Shown one piece after another: positions 12,189 to 24,692 of a stretch of 64,000 bases of DNA; position 1 is the first letter of the stretch, and every line of letters starts with the position of its first letter. The stretch is taken from assembly GCA_964016885.1 (NCBI GenBank), contig OZ024742.1, forward strand, positions 174,158,001 to 174,222,000, given 5' to 3'. The DNA comes from Eledone cirrhosa. Its lineage: Eukaryota. The notes under the pieces are model-generated. The model made no database searches. It saw nothing but the letters and a program-made list of their open reading frames with translations, and was not told the origin of the DNA. The position numbers and the translations under genes are program-made.

Positions 12189-13230
12189 TCATTTAATATT
12201 TTTATATTTTATTTTTTGTAACTCATATAATGCAACACACATCTGACCATGTGAGAAGAATTGTGTTGGTAGAAATACACCTATCATTTCAAATGTCTGC
12301 CCTTGTGCCCTGTTGCATGTAAGGGCACAGGCTGGTTTGACAGGAAATTGCTTGCAAGTAAAGGTGAAAGGGAACTCAAGCTCTTGAGATACATGTGGTA
12401 TCCTTGGGATTAGAAACCTTGTTCCAGCATTGGGACCCAATGCCACTTCAGCTTCAATTACATGATTATGTAAACTGATGATGATGTAGCGTGTACCATT
12501 GCAATGCCCATTTAGAGGATCCAGATTTCTCAGAAGCATGATGCAACTGCCTTTCTTCAGTTTAAGTGTTGGGAAGCCTGATGGGGTAAGTTTGTTGATG
12601 AACTCAATTGATATTGCAGTTCATTATCTACTGTATCAGAGCTTCTGTAGATTATTTCATGACCAGGGAACCTGTTGACCATGAACTCATTCACCAATCT
12701 TGCTGCATCATTTGTTGGAGTGATAATGGCTCTATTTGCAAGCCATGGTGGGTTTGTGTAGATTCCTGGAAGATTTGTATACACAAAATCCCACAGTCCA
12801 GACACATTACCATATTCCAAACAAAGTTCATTTGGCAGAGGAATTGTGAATGTACCTACAGTTGGAACAGTTGGAATGTTACCATTTTCCACATCAAGAA
12901 GGTAGTTTGCAAACTGTCTTTCATCAGAATCATCTTCATTAATTAACCGTTTATTGGTTTTCATCTCCATGGTTTCTACATAGTCCCAGAGATAGGATCT
13001 CTTGATGGTTGCCTCAACTATTTGTGGTCTAGCACCATAACGTACAACTGGAGGAATTTGCTTCTAGTCACCAGATAGTAATATTGTTAGACCACCAAAT
13101 GGTTTTTTGCAATCTCAAACATCTTTGAAGCTCCTGTCAAGGCATTCAAAGATATGCTTATGTCCCATACCTATCTCATCAATGATTAGCAGGTCAGCTT
13201 GCTGCATAAGTTTACCTGTGTCATCTCTGT
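12189..13230 (-). pseudogene. Helitron Pif1-like (SF1B) helicase, C-terminal two-thirds, disrupted
   Basis: Motifs IIDEIGM, PFGGLTILLSGD*KQIPPVV, FANYLLDV, RAIITPTN, LLRNLDPLNGHCNGTR and QFPVKPACALTCNRAQGQTF..FFSHGQM; frameshifts and stops. Confidence 0.9.
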
Positions 13231-13399
13231 TTGTGAAGAAGCAAGTTGATACAGCAGTCACATATACAGATAACCACACTATCGTCTATCTTTCTATCTA
13301 CCTACCTATATATCTACGTATCGAACTATCGACCTATCTATCTAACTGCCAACCTACCTGTCTATCTACCTCTCTCTCTCATACACACACAAATATATT

Positions 13400-14183
13400 C
13401 TGGCCAGACTTAGCACATGCGCAGTACGGATCAGCCTTCATGAAAGCGCACTTCAAACCAGACTTCGTGCATGCGCTCTTCAGACCAGACTTTGCACATG
13501 CGCAGTATGGAGCAGCCTTTATGCATGTGCAGAACGGACCAGACTTTGCGCATGCACAGTACGGACCAGCCTTCGCACATGTATACTCGGACCAGCCTTC
13601 ATGCATGCGCACTTCGCACCTTCATTCGTGCATGCGCAGTACGGACCAGCGTTCGAACATGCGCAGTACGAGCCGACCTTCGCGCATGACAAATGCGGAC
13701 CAGAATTCGTGCATACGCACATCGGACCGTACTTTGCACATGTGCACTTTGGACTAGACTTGGCACATGCGCACCTCGGACCAGACTTGGCGCATACGCA
13801 CTTCGGACCGAACTTCGCGCATGCGCAGTACGGACCGGATTTGGACTGGACTTCGAGCATGCCCACTTCGGACCGACTTTGCTCATGCTCAATTCGGACC
13901 AGAGTTCACGCATGTGCAGCATGGACCAGACTTCGCGCATTCGCACCTTCGACCAGACTTCGCGCGCGCATGCGCACTTAGGATTACTCTTCGCACATGC
14001 GCACTGCGGACCAGCCTTCGCGCATGCGCAGTACGGACCAACCTTCGCGCATGCGCAGTACTGACCAGACTTCGCGCATGTGCACTTCGGACCAGACTAC
14101 GCGCATGCGCAGTACAGACCAGACTTTGCGCATGCGCATTACACACCTATCTTCGCGCATGTGCAGATCGGACCAGACTTCGC
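13400..14183. repeat. 27-bp GC-rich minisatellite, ~29 copies, consensus CGGACCAGACTTCGCGCATGCGCA(GTA/CTT)
   Basis: Directly visible; gives 9-aa periodic ORFs (FAHAQYGPD) on both strands. Confidence 0.95.
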
Positions 14184-14303
14184 CTATATATATGTCTATG
14201 TATAATAGATATATTTGTGCGTGTGTGTCCGTCTGCATCAGACATGATTTATATGATATTACATTTATATATATCTAATCAATGGGCGTAGAACAGTGCT
14301 TAA

Positions 14304-14977
14304 TCTAAACTATAATAAAGTTAGATGCGCGGGACTGCTTACTGTTTATAATTTGTTATCCCCTTAGTAAAATAAGTTGGATTACTTTGAATAAATAATT
14401 GTTTCTACTATTGGCACAAGGCCAGAAATTGTCCAGTACATTACTGGTACTTTATTTTATCGACCCCGTAAGGATGAAAGGCAAAGTTAACCTCGGCGGG
14501 ATTTGAACTCAGAATGGCAAGGGCCGTAACTCTATGCGTCAAAGCATGGCGTCCGATCTTCTACCGATACTGCCAATCCAACGCCCTACTTTGAATAAAT
14601 AATGAATGAATATTCCATGATTTATCTACTAAATTTCGTGGTTGTTCATTAAATATATTTTATTACTTATTTAAAGATTCACTTCTTTTAAATTTTCAAA
14701 TGTCAACACTTCCGGTTAGCGATCGTTTAAATACATATTCATATTTTTCTGTCACTAATTTTCTCCTAATGCAGTTTATATATAATATCGTGTTTTTTAA
14801 AATGTATCATGGATTACATTACTGATTACATAAGACAGTGTAACAGAGTCTTCGTTCAATTTCTGTGTATATTGTCAATTACAATTTTATTTGATCATAT
14901 CTACATGCATATATACTTGCGTATAATATCAATATATACACTACACAAGCTAGCAGAAAACCACCCGAATGGTGGTT
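14304..14977 (+). mobile_element. Non-autonomous Helitron-like element B with an embedded SINE
   Basis: Starts A|TCTAAACTATAATAAAG. Its 5' half is the inverse of ~15380-15737 and its 3' part (14792-14977) is the inverse of 11682-11855. Confidence 0.6.
14400..14586 (-). mobile_element. tRNA-derived SINE family A (~190 bp) with 17-bp TSD
   Basis: Minus-strand A box TGGCAGTATCGG, B box GAGTTCAAATCC and body GCCTTTCATCCTTACGGGGTCGATAAAATAAAGTACCAG; TSD TACTTTGAATAAATAAT at 14383-14399 and 14587-14603. Confidence 0.9.
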
Positions 14978-15737
14978 ATATTAAATGAGTTTAAAAAAAA
15001 GAGTTAATAAATAAATATAACGTTATACATGTTTTACCCTCCCATTTGCAATTAAATCAAATGATATCGTTACTGTATGTGTGGGTTTGTGTAAATGTAT
15101 ATGTGTTAATATATGTATGTTTGTGTGAAAGTATGTGTGAATGTATGTGTATTTGTGTGAATTATGTCCGTGACCGTGTATTTTTATAAGTTTGTGTTTG
15201 CACGATTATAGTTGAATACTCATAATAGTTATATACGCATACATATAGATGTGTGTATGTGCACACTCATACGCGTCAGTGTGTAGAAAATCATAATCTC
15301 TCTATCTCTCTCATCACACACTCTCTCTTTCTATATATATATGGTAGTTGAAGTGGTGGTGGTGGTGGTGGAGACGATATATCGGAAGGGCAACTTTGAA
15401 AAGAAGTCAATTTTATATTATTTATTTTTACGAAATTATTTGTTTACGAGATTTAACACATAAATTATGTAATATTCATTCATTATTTCTTCAGAGTTAC
15501 GGCCCTTTATGGTCTTTGGTTAACTTTGCCTTTCATCCTTAACTTTGGTTAACTTTGCCTTTTGTCCTTACGGGGGTCGATAAAATAAAGTACCAGAAAT
15601 ACACTGGGATAATTGCTGGCCCTGTGCCAAAAGTAGAAACAATTATTTATTCAGAGTAATCAAACTTATTTTACTAACTGGATTAAAAGAAATAAACTGT
15701 ACGCAATCCTGCAGCCTTTGCTTTATTATAGTTTAGA
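14950..15737 (-). mobile_element. Non-autonomous Helitron A with an embedded truncated SINE
   Basis: Minus strand starts A|TCTAAACTATAATAAAG at 15737 and reaches hairpin AACCACCATTCGGGTGGTT + TTCTGCTAG at 14950. Confidence 0.65.
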
Positions 15738-16232
15738 TAGCCTTAAATGAAACTTTTATTGGTAAATTAACAAAATATATCTAAGGATTGTCTGTAGGTT
15801 ATTTCTAACTTAGTTGATAATTTAACAGTTTTGATATCAAACTAGCCAAAACTGGCTCCAATTCCATTTAAAATAAAATCTTCCAACATAATTTTATATA
15901 AGAACCAAAGGTTAATTCATTATCTTAGTATTGAAATAATGATTTTAATAAATCCTTCAAAATTCTTCATTTATTAATTTAAATAGATTGTATTTCATTA
16001 GAAATATGGTCACAAAAGGGGTAATATGGTAATCAATAAGATTGTAATCTTTAAGAATATAAAACATGTGTTACAGTAGCATGTAGCATAAATTGAGAAA
16101 CGTAGCTTAATCAATTATGTGTAACCCACTGGCAACTCTATACTATTGAGTGATATGAGCCAATAAGAAACCTCTATGTGGTACATTGATCTGTTAAAAA
16201 TAGCAACCAATCTTGTAATTAAGTTGAATAAT

Positions 16233-16413
16233 AATGTTTCTAATTTTGGCACAAGGCCAGCAATTACTCCAGTGCATTACTGGTGTTTTATTTTATCGAC
16301 CCTGTAAGGATGAAAGGCAAAGTTAACCTCGGCGGATTTGAACTCAGAACGTAAAGGGTCGTAACTCTATGTTGCAAAGCATGGTGTCCGATGCTCTACT
16401 GATACAGCCAAAC
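16233..16413 (-). mobile_element. SINE family A copy
   Basis: Collinear with 14400-14586. Confidence 0.85.
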
Positions 16414-16459
16414 CAATGAAAGGAAAAATAAAAATAAAACATAAATGGTGCTTGTAACA

Positions 16460-16660
16460 CATCATCACCATCACTGTTTAACATCCATTATCCACGTTAG
16501 CATAGGTTAGATGGATTGTTCTATTTGAGACAAGTTGAGGTCAGATGACCATGTCTGGCTCATACAGAACCGATTTGGGCTTTCTTTCTATGGCTGGATG
16601 CCCTTCCTAATGCCAACCAAATTTACAGTGAGTACTGGGTGCTTTTTAGAATAACACCTA
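16460..16660 (-). mobile_element. RTE 3' UTR fragment (old)
   Basis: CAT tail then TTTAACATCC...CTATGGCTGGATGCCCTTCCTAATGCCAACC. Confidence 0.6.
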
Positions 16661-17315
16661 GCATCCATAATTTGAAATATAATTGTTGAAGTAAATTAGT
16701 TTTATTTCAGAAGAAGGATAAACACAAACATTTAATTGATTTAGAGGACTTGAAACATTTAAGTGATTTATCTTTGGAAGCTTAAAAATGCTGTTAAAGT
16801 GAAATTTGTGAGATATGGGAGAATTTTATAAACTGTTACAATATTTGAAGGGTTAGTTTTGAATAATGAATTTATAAGATTGATCCAAATGATCTGTAAC
16901 TAGGATGATCATAAATGAATAGAATCATAGGAGTACTGTAGTGACATACACCATTTCTTAGGTATTTTTGTTTAAGTGGAGCCCATCACCTCTCGAGATT
17001 TGTAGACAACTGCATTCTTTCAGAGAAAGAAAGAAAGAAAGAGAGTAATAGAGAAGAAGTGAGAAAGAAATATAGAGGAGGAATCAACTCCATACTGGAC
17101 TAGTACTACTTTATCAACCTCAGAAGGATGAAAGGCAAAGTTGACCTCAGTTATTTGCCAGCTTAATAATGAGAAATTTAGCTTTATTACTAAATCCCTT
17201 CATTATTACTTGGATGGTCATAAATAAATAGAATCACTGTAGTGACATACAACGTTTCTTAGGTACTTTTGTTTAAGTGGAATCCATCACCTTTCGAGAT
17301 TTGTAGACAGTATCA

Positions 17316-17502
17316 GTGGATTGGCAGTACCGGTAGAGAGTCGGACACCATGCTTTGCAGCATAGTTACGGCCCTTTATGATCTGAGTTCAAATCCCGCC
17401 GAGGTTAACTTTGCCTTTCAATCCTTACAGAGTCGATAAAATAAAGTACCAGTAATGCACTGGATAATTGCTGGCCTTGTGCCAAAAGTAGAAACAATTA
17501 TT
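17316..17502 (+). mobile_element. SINE family A copy
   Basis: TGGATTGGCAGTACCGG...GAGTTCAAATCCCGCCGAGG...AGTAGAAACAATTATT. Confidence 0.88.
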
Positions 17503-18418
17503 ACTTGACTATTCTAAAATTATTTGAAAGTCATGGAAAGTGCCTTTCATTAGAAATATGCTAATAAATGGGTTAATACACTTAACTGATACACCAAAGT
17601 TGCCAGAACAATTTTATAAAAAGTGACATAACATTTTCTAGACTTAACTAGTGGGTTCTCACCATTGTCCTTGTTGGTAACCATAAATTTTGTTCATGTT
17701 ATATTATTTATATTGTGTTTATTATATGTTTTATAATCATTTTAGACCTGTGTTTTTATTTACCAAATTAATCTATCAATGGTTATAATGTCCTTGCTCA
17801 TACCCATGTGTTATATAACTTTCTCTGTCCAGTCTCATATGCATTGTTACTAAATCAAAAATATTGCATTATAAAATAGCCAAAAATTATATGTGTACAA
17901 TTTCATGAATGTTAAATGCTGCCACAGACATTTCCACATTTATCATATTCAGGCATAGACCACCTAGGATTGCTTTATCTAATGTGTCTCCCCATTCCCT
18001 TATTTTAAGCTGGTGATATATGAATTGAGGGAGATTTGTCTAGAATATTTTATCAGGTCAAATGATGACATAGGGTTCTTTCTCATTTAATTTTCTATAT
18101 TAGCATGTATTTATAGAACAAGAGAATATTCTGACAAATCTTAATCAATGATCAAAATTATATTCCTGTAAAGAAGCATTTTGAATCAGTTGTAAGCTCT
18201 ATTTTATGAAGATTCCATAAAAGATTCCATTATCCTCATGATGATCACCACTATCTTAGGCATCATCAACTCCAAAACTACCATCACAATCACAACCACC
18301 TCCACCACCCATTATGCATTAACACTTTTAACAACAAACTGCCTGAAACTAGCACTGGCTCCACAATACAAAACTGTCTGTTGATATTTCTCCAAAAGCT
18401 TTTTATTATGATAAGGGT

Positions 18419-18607
18419 GGTGGATTGACAATATCGGTAGGGGGACGGACGCCATGCTTTGACGTATAGAGTTACAGCCCTTGCCATTCTGAGTTCAAAT
18501 CCCGTTGAGGTTAACTTTGCCTTTCATCCAACGAGGGTCAATAAAATAAAGTACTTGTAATGTACTGGGATAATTGCTGGCCTTGTGCCAGAAGTAGAAA
18601 CAATTAT
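18419..18607 (+). mobile_element. SINE family A copy
   Basis: Same A box, B box and body. Confidence 0.85.
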
Positions 18608-20051
18608 GATATTATGTAAGAACATTTGTGGAGTTATGTTCCAAGCATCAGTAAGTATTGAGAAAGTTGGTTATATTATTAAATCCCTTAATATTCTTGA
18701 TTATTTTAAAAATGATTTCAAACACATAAGGGTTAATAATTTGTCTTTTTTAAGAATTTGTAGCTATTTATATTACAGTGATGATCACAGATATTTTTGT
18801 CTTCTTTTTTGTTTATTCAAACATGGTTTGTATAAGATAAAATGTTCCAATGTGTCCTTCCTTGTTTAAGATATTAGTGTATGGATTGAGAAATTTTTAA
18901 TGCTATTTCTAGCAAATCAAATAACCACAGAGAAGCTCTTTTGTCAATTTATAAGAACTTATTGTTTAAGTCCCAAATAAGCCCTGATCATAACAGCATG
19001 GCAGGAACTGAAGAAGATTTGACTAGTATTTCTAGCAGGCAGAATGATTACATTGAGCCTTTCTCAAGCTTGTGAGTAGTAGTTGCATTTGTTGCTGTTT
19101 AGCCTCATGTCAGCCCCAATCAAGAGTGCAGTTAATCATTTGAGGGGGATTTGATTGTCAGTTCTTGCAGATTATGCAATCACATTGGATAAAATACTTT
19201 GTTTCTGGCTTTATATGTTCTGTGTTCACATCCTACTGAAGTCAGATTTGCTTTTCATAATTCTGGGGTCTGAGAAAATAAAGTAGCAGGTATGTACTGG
19301 GATTAAGATAGTGGTTTGTGGTTTGTCTTCTGGCTCCAACCCACTTAAGTCAACTTTACTTTCCATCCTTCCAGGGTGTGAATAATAATAATGTACCAGG
19401 CACATACTGGGATCACTTTTACTGACTCCCCCACACAAAAAAAAAAAAATTGTTTGCTTTGGTTCTAAGTTAGAAACCATTACTATTATTATGAGTATTA
19501 TGAACACATAGTTTAGAGTAGACAGAATAGAGATTATACAACAAATACTTAGAATGGATTGGTCAGCATAGACCTAAAAAGGTGAAGATTAACAGAAAAA
19601 TGATCAGAATCGATTTAGTGTCATTTTATATATTTAGCGTATCTAAGCTAGCCTAGCTGTCATTATAATGTGTATTATTATTTCATAATGATATTAGGAG
19701 AAATATTTAGTCGACAATACTAAAACTTTTAGCCGACTATAGTAAAAGGTTTACCCAACAATAGTAACAAGCCGAACTGCATTGAAACTCTGAATGGTAA
19801 TATTCATTGAATAGAAAGCCTTTTTCTATAATTTATGACCTCTTGTGATATTTGGAAAATAATTCTGGCTTCATGTCTATTATATTCCTGCCATTTTTTA
19901 AAGATTGCACATTTATTAACAAAAGCATATGTAGATAATCATATGATAGATGGCAGAAGTTCAGTCTCTCCTTTGGCAGGCTTCAACTGAAGTATCTGAA
20001 GAGAAACTGTAAAGAACATACAATAATGATCAGAAAATTATACAGAGTGTG

Positions 20052-20097
<46 letters not shown>

Positions 20098-20231
20098 ATA
20101 TGTGTGTGTATATACATATATATATGTATATGTATATATGTACATACATATATATATATATTTATATATACACCCACGCAAGCGTGGAAGATGGACATTA
20201 AACGTTGATGATGATGATGATGATGATACAT

Positions 20232-20295
<64 letters not shown>

Positions 20296-20296
20296 T

Positions 20297-20638
20297 GGAG
20301 GCACATGGCTTAGTGGTTAGAGCATTGACCTTGCAATTGAAAGGTTGTGAGTTCAATTCTCAGACCGGGTGATGTGTTGTTTCCTTGAGCAAGACACTTT
20401 ATTTCACATTGCTCCAGTTTACTCAGCTGTAGAAATGAGATGATAGGGACTGGGGTCCCTATCATTCCACTGCAAAATGGTCGTGGAGGTGCCACGGCAA
20501 AAAAGCACCCAGCACTCACTGTAAATGAGGATGGTGTTAGGAAGGGCATCCAGCTGTAGAAATCAAGCCAGAATCAGTTCCTGTCCCACCCTAACAAGCA
20601 GGGAAAAGCGGACGTAAAATGATGATGATGATGATGAT
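20297..20638 (+). mobile_element. tRNA-derived CORE-type SINE family B with RTE-derived 3' tail
   Basis: A box TGGCTTAGTGG; B box GAGTTCAATTC; CORE-like CCTTGAGCAAGACACTTTA...CTCAGCTGTAGAAATGAG; tail matches the RTE at 43591-43860; (GAT)n end. Confidence 0.85.
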
Positions 20639-21409
20639 GTTATATATGTATATATGTATATATATATATACATATAACTCTGTGTGTGGTGAATTTGCAG
20701 GATTGTTAGAAGATTGGGTAGAATGTTTCATGGTATTTATTCTGGTTCTCTAGACACTGAGTACAAATCTCCCAAAGGTCAGCTTTGCCTTTCATCATTC
20801 TGTGGTCAATAACTAAAGTTACAGTCTAGTACTTAGGTCAATTTTCCTTTTATATTTTGTTTCTAATTTGCTCTCTCTTTTTATGGAAGAAATTGGTTCT
20901 GTTTCAGACCTGGAGAGGGATAGGCTCTCCAATAATTGTAAATAACCAGGAGATGCAGTATATCACTACTATGCCTCTAGAACTCAATCTAGTTTTAAAG
21001 GCCCAGGGACTGACATGAATAGATATAGACATGGCTGTATGAATAACACGTTTTCCTCACAACCATGTAGTCTTTAGTTCTGTCCTACTGCATAGCAGCT
21101 AGAGCAAATGTCTTTTAATATAGTTTCAGGTTGAGGATTCACATTCTTCCTAGTACACAGGAGAGAGTGTCCTGTCTGACACGCATGAGGGTCCTTCTGA
21201 CCTTTGTTTGGCAAGCTTTCTATGGTTGGATCCCTTCTTATCACAACCACTTTACAATGTGTTATCAGTGCATTTATGATTCAATGTTCTATTAGTCTGG
21301 AATTTAGCTTGTGAGTTCACAGATGCATCAAACAAGACAATCTCAATAAAAGTATTAATCCCCACATTGAGCAATTATGTTCATCATTATCAATATCAAA
21401 CATGTGAGT

Positions 21410-21625
21410 ATCATCATCATCGTTTAACGTCCATCTTCAAAGCTAGCATGGATTGGACGGTTTTGTCCCACTTCAGGTGAGATTGGTCGGGAGACCATGT
21501 CTTGCATGTAGAGAACTGTTTCTGGCAGGTTTTCTATGGCTGGATGCCCTGCCTAACACCAACCACATTTAGAGTGTGGACTGGGTGCTTGTTGTCGTGT
21601 CACCTACACGACCACTCTACCGTGG
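21410..21625 (-). mobile_element. RTE 3' UTR fragment
   Basis: (CAT)n then TTTAACGTCCATCTT...GGCTGGATGCCCTGCCTAACACCAACC. Confidence 0.7.
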
Positions 21626-22567
21626 ACGGAAATGGGAGGATAGAGTAGGGTGTGTGGGGTGGGGTGTATATTGGGTTAAAAGGTGTCTACTGACTGTAGG
21701 TTTAAGTGAGTATATATATATATATATACACATGTTGACTTAAGAAGTATTGGGAACATTTGTAATTGGAAATATTCAATCACTGTAAATAATAGTTGTG
21801 AAAACTGGTAAAGTATCCCTGGAGTAGTAAGGAAAGGGACAAAGGTTCCTGCAAGGAATCGATCATTTGCACTGGGACACACATTTCAATTATATATACA
21901 TGATTTGGCTTAAATGTTATATATATATATATATATATATATATAAGTCTGTATGTATTGCCAAACATTGTGTACACATAGCCGGTCTCTTAGACTTTTT
22001 CAAAGTCCTGAGGGGATAAAGTTTATATAGAGACTTATATGCTCATGATAATGATGTTATAATATAGAAGATGGCAAAAGAAGCTGCTATTGACTGCTCT
22101 GAAGAATTGAATCCCGTATCTCCCTAAGCTATGAGCTTTGTAGTGCTTCTATGTACTCTTCTCATTCTCTATCTATTACCCTTGCTCTAATACTCTTTGT
22201 TTAATCTGTTTCTAGGGCAACATATATCATTCTTAAGTGGAAATGTGTGAATGTTACTTCTTTGTAAAATATTGTTTGATACTTGACTAATTTTCAAATA
22301 GATTTACCAGAATTTCCAATAATTTTATGTCGATTAAATGGATATGAAATTGTGAAGAAAATTTCATGTATTTCGTTTATTCACATCACGTAACAAATTA
22401 GCTTTGCTGGATTGTTACTTGAATGTCTTTAAATATTTCAGTCAGTCTCCAAGACAATATCAACATCCTTCACTTATCTATCACACACAGAATTAGATTT
22501 TTTTTTAAATTCAGTTTCCTTTACTTCTTGGATGAATTTATGAAATATACAATGATTAATATTTTAG

Positions 22568-22720
22568 TGAAGGCACATGGATTAGTGGCTAGATTGTTGA
22601 GCTCACAATCATAACTTTGTGAAGTCGATTCCTGGGCTAGACAGGGGCATTGTGTATTTGAGCAAGGTACTTTATTTTACATTACTTCAGTTTACTCAGC
22701 TGGAAAAAATGAGTTATGAT
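22568..22720 (+). mobile_element. Older CORE-type SINE head
   Basis: GGCACATGGATTAGTGG...TTGAGCAAGGTACTTTATTT...TTTACTCAGCTGGAAAAAATGAG. Confidence 0.6.
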
Positions 22721-24112
22721 GACATTGGTGGCAAGCTGCATCAGCCTTTGTCTTTCATTGGATAACATAAGTGGAATGGAGAGGGGAGACTACTATTCAA
22801 GGTGTGGGGGGAAACTACTGGTGTTTCACAAAACATCATGCCCAGGCTTGCATCCTGAACAGGAACAGCTGCAGCCTCATAATCAGTCATGATCAAAAAG
22901 GGCTTAGCTTCCACACAATAATATTCTATAAATTTTTCCACCAAAGCAAGAAATAAAGCCACATTTTTTTCTGATACCTCTTTTAATGAGACATTAAACT
23001 ATTTTTTTATGTTACTCTGATATTTCTCTTTACAAGAGCTTCAAAATATATTCTTACATGGGAAGTGATAGCTGTGTGGTTAAGGTGTTTACTTCAAAAC
23101 CATGTGGTTTAAGCTTCAGTCTCATTGTGTGGCATGTTAGGCAAGTGTCTTCTATTATAACCACAAATTCACCAATGCGTTGTGAGTGAAATGTGGTAGC
23201 TATTAGTTGTCTGGAAGCTCTTTGCGTATATTTTTGTGAGGGTGTGTGTTTGTTGGGGTGTATATACATATGTGTGCTGGTGTCAGTGTTTATGCTTACT
23301 GTACATTTTCTCAAACCATTTATTTTAGCAGAAAAAAAGAGATTGATAAAATAAGCATTTGTGTCAATATGGTTGACTAGATTCTTTGAAGGCAGTTATC
23401 CAGCATGGCCACAGTTTAATGACTGGAACAAGTAAAGGAAATCTAGAATATTCTAATATTCCTTTTAACAAGAGATTGGAAATATTCAACAATGTTTTTA
23501 TGGATATTTCTCTCTTAAAAGAAGCCCCCAAATAATTATGGAATGTTTTCAAGAAGCAAACCACCATACATTATGACAAAAGAGAGAATATATAATTGAA
23601 GCAACTTAAGAGGAACATAGCTATGATTTATATGTGTGTTTGTGTGTGTCTCTGTGTATGTGTGAGTGCATGAATGTGGTTGCATATATGCATATATGCA
23701 TATATGCATCTTATGATAGGACTCGGGTCCCTATTATTAAATTACCCAAGACAACTCCAACGAGATATACCTTGGAGGAGGCAGAGCTAAACCTGCATAG
23801 GTGTGAGCTGTCACATACACACACACATATATGTATCTTGGTGTGAATATGTGTATGTCAATGTGTATGTGTGTGAGTGTGTATTTCAGTATGTGTGGTG
23901 AACCTCTGTCAGTTCTGACAATGAATATGCCAATTGCCCAAACAATGCAACTGCTTGAAATTAATGTGCACATAACTGAGAAATCAAAAAATGCATGAAG
24001 CCTCAATGTATTTCGCAGGAAGATTTTTTTGGACTGAGAATTAGAAACATTGATGGTAACAGGATGATAGTTCAGTTTTCATGTTAAGGGATGTGCTGTT
24101 ATACACAAAATA

Positions 24113-24692
24113 ATTGTTTCTACTTTTGGCACAATGCCAGCAATTACCCAGTGCATTATGGAGGCACATGGCTTAGTGGTTAGAGCATTGGCCTTGCAAT
24201 CCAAAGGTTGTGAGTTCAATTCTCAGACCGGGTGATGTGTTGTTTCCTTGAGCAAGACACTTTGCTCCAGTTTACTCAGCTGTAGAAATAAGATGATTGC
24301 TCCAGTTTACTCAGCTGTAGAAATAAGATGATTGCTCCAGTTTACTCAGCTGTAGAAATAAGATGATTGGACTGGGGTCCTTACCATTCCACTGCAAAGT
24401 GGTCATGGAGGTGCCACGGCAAAAAAGCACCCAGCACTCACTGTAAATGAGGTTGGTGTTAGGAAGGGCGTCCAGCTGTAGAAATCAAGCCAGAATCAGT
24501 TCTCGTCCCACCCTTGCAAGCAGGGAAAAGCGGACATAAAGTGATGATGATGATGATGATTACTGGTACTTTATTTTATCGACCCCGCAAGAATAAAAGG
24601 CAAAGTTAACCTCGGTGGGATTTGAACTCGGTCCGTAAAGGGACGTAACTATGCTGCAAAGCATAGTGCCTGACCCTCTACCGATACTCCAC
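24113..24692 (-). mobile_element. SINE A copy split by a SINE B insertion
   Basis: 24113-24157 and 24560-24692 rejoin into one SINE A. Confidence 0.85.
24159..24559 (+). mobile_element. SINE family B copy with an internal tandem triplication
   Basis: Matches 20297-20638; TTGCTCCAGTTTACTCAGCTGTAGAAATAAGATGA occurs three times at 24262-24366. Confidence 0.88.

Larger units (their letters stand above)
11672..14290 (-). mobile_element. Helitron C: internally deleted element with Pif1 helicase remnant and GC-rich minisatellite
   Basis: Minus-strand hairpin + CTAA|T at 11672-11700; helicase remnant at 12189-13230; right boundary uncertain. Confidence 0.75.

Noticed and set aside
13400-14183. CRISPR-like regular array
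   Set aside because: Units are contiguous with no unique spacers; no cas genes; eukaryotic context.
13107-14291. Many overlapping ORFs up to 216 aa with FAHAQYGPD repeats
   Set aside because: By-product of a stop-poor 27-bp minisatellite that is open on both strands.
14400-14586. tRNA genes suggested by A and B boxes in SINE heads
   Set aside because: No cloverleaf; the boxes are attached to multicopy SINE bodies with TSDs.
16903-17310. ~95-bp direct repeat (16903-17008 / 17212-17309)
   Set aside because: Real, but an ordinary local duplication with no further structure.
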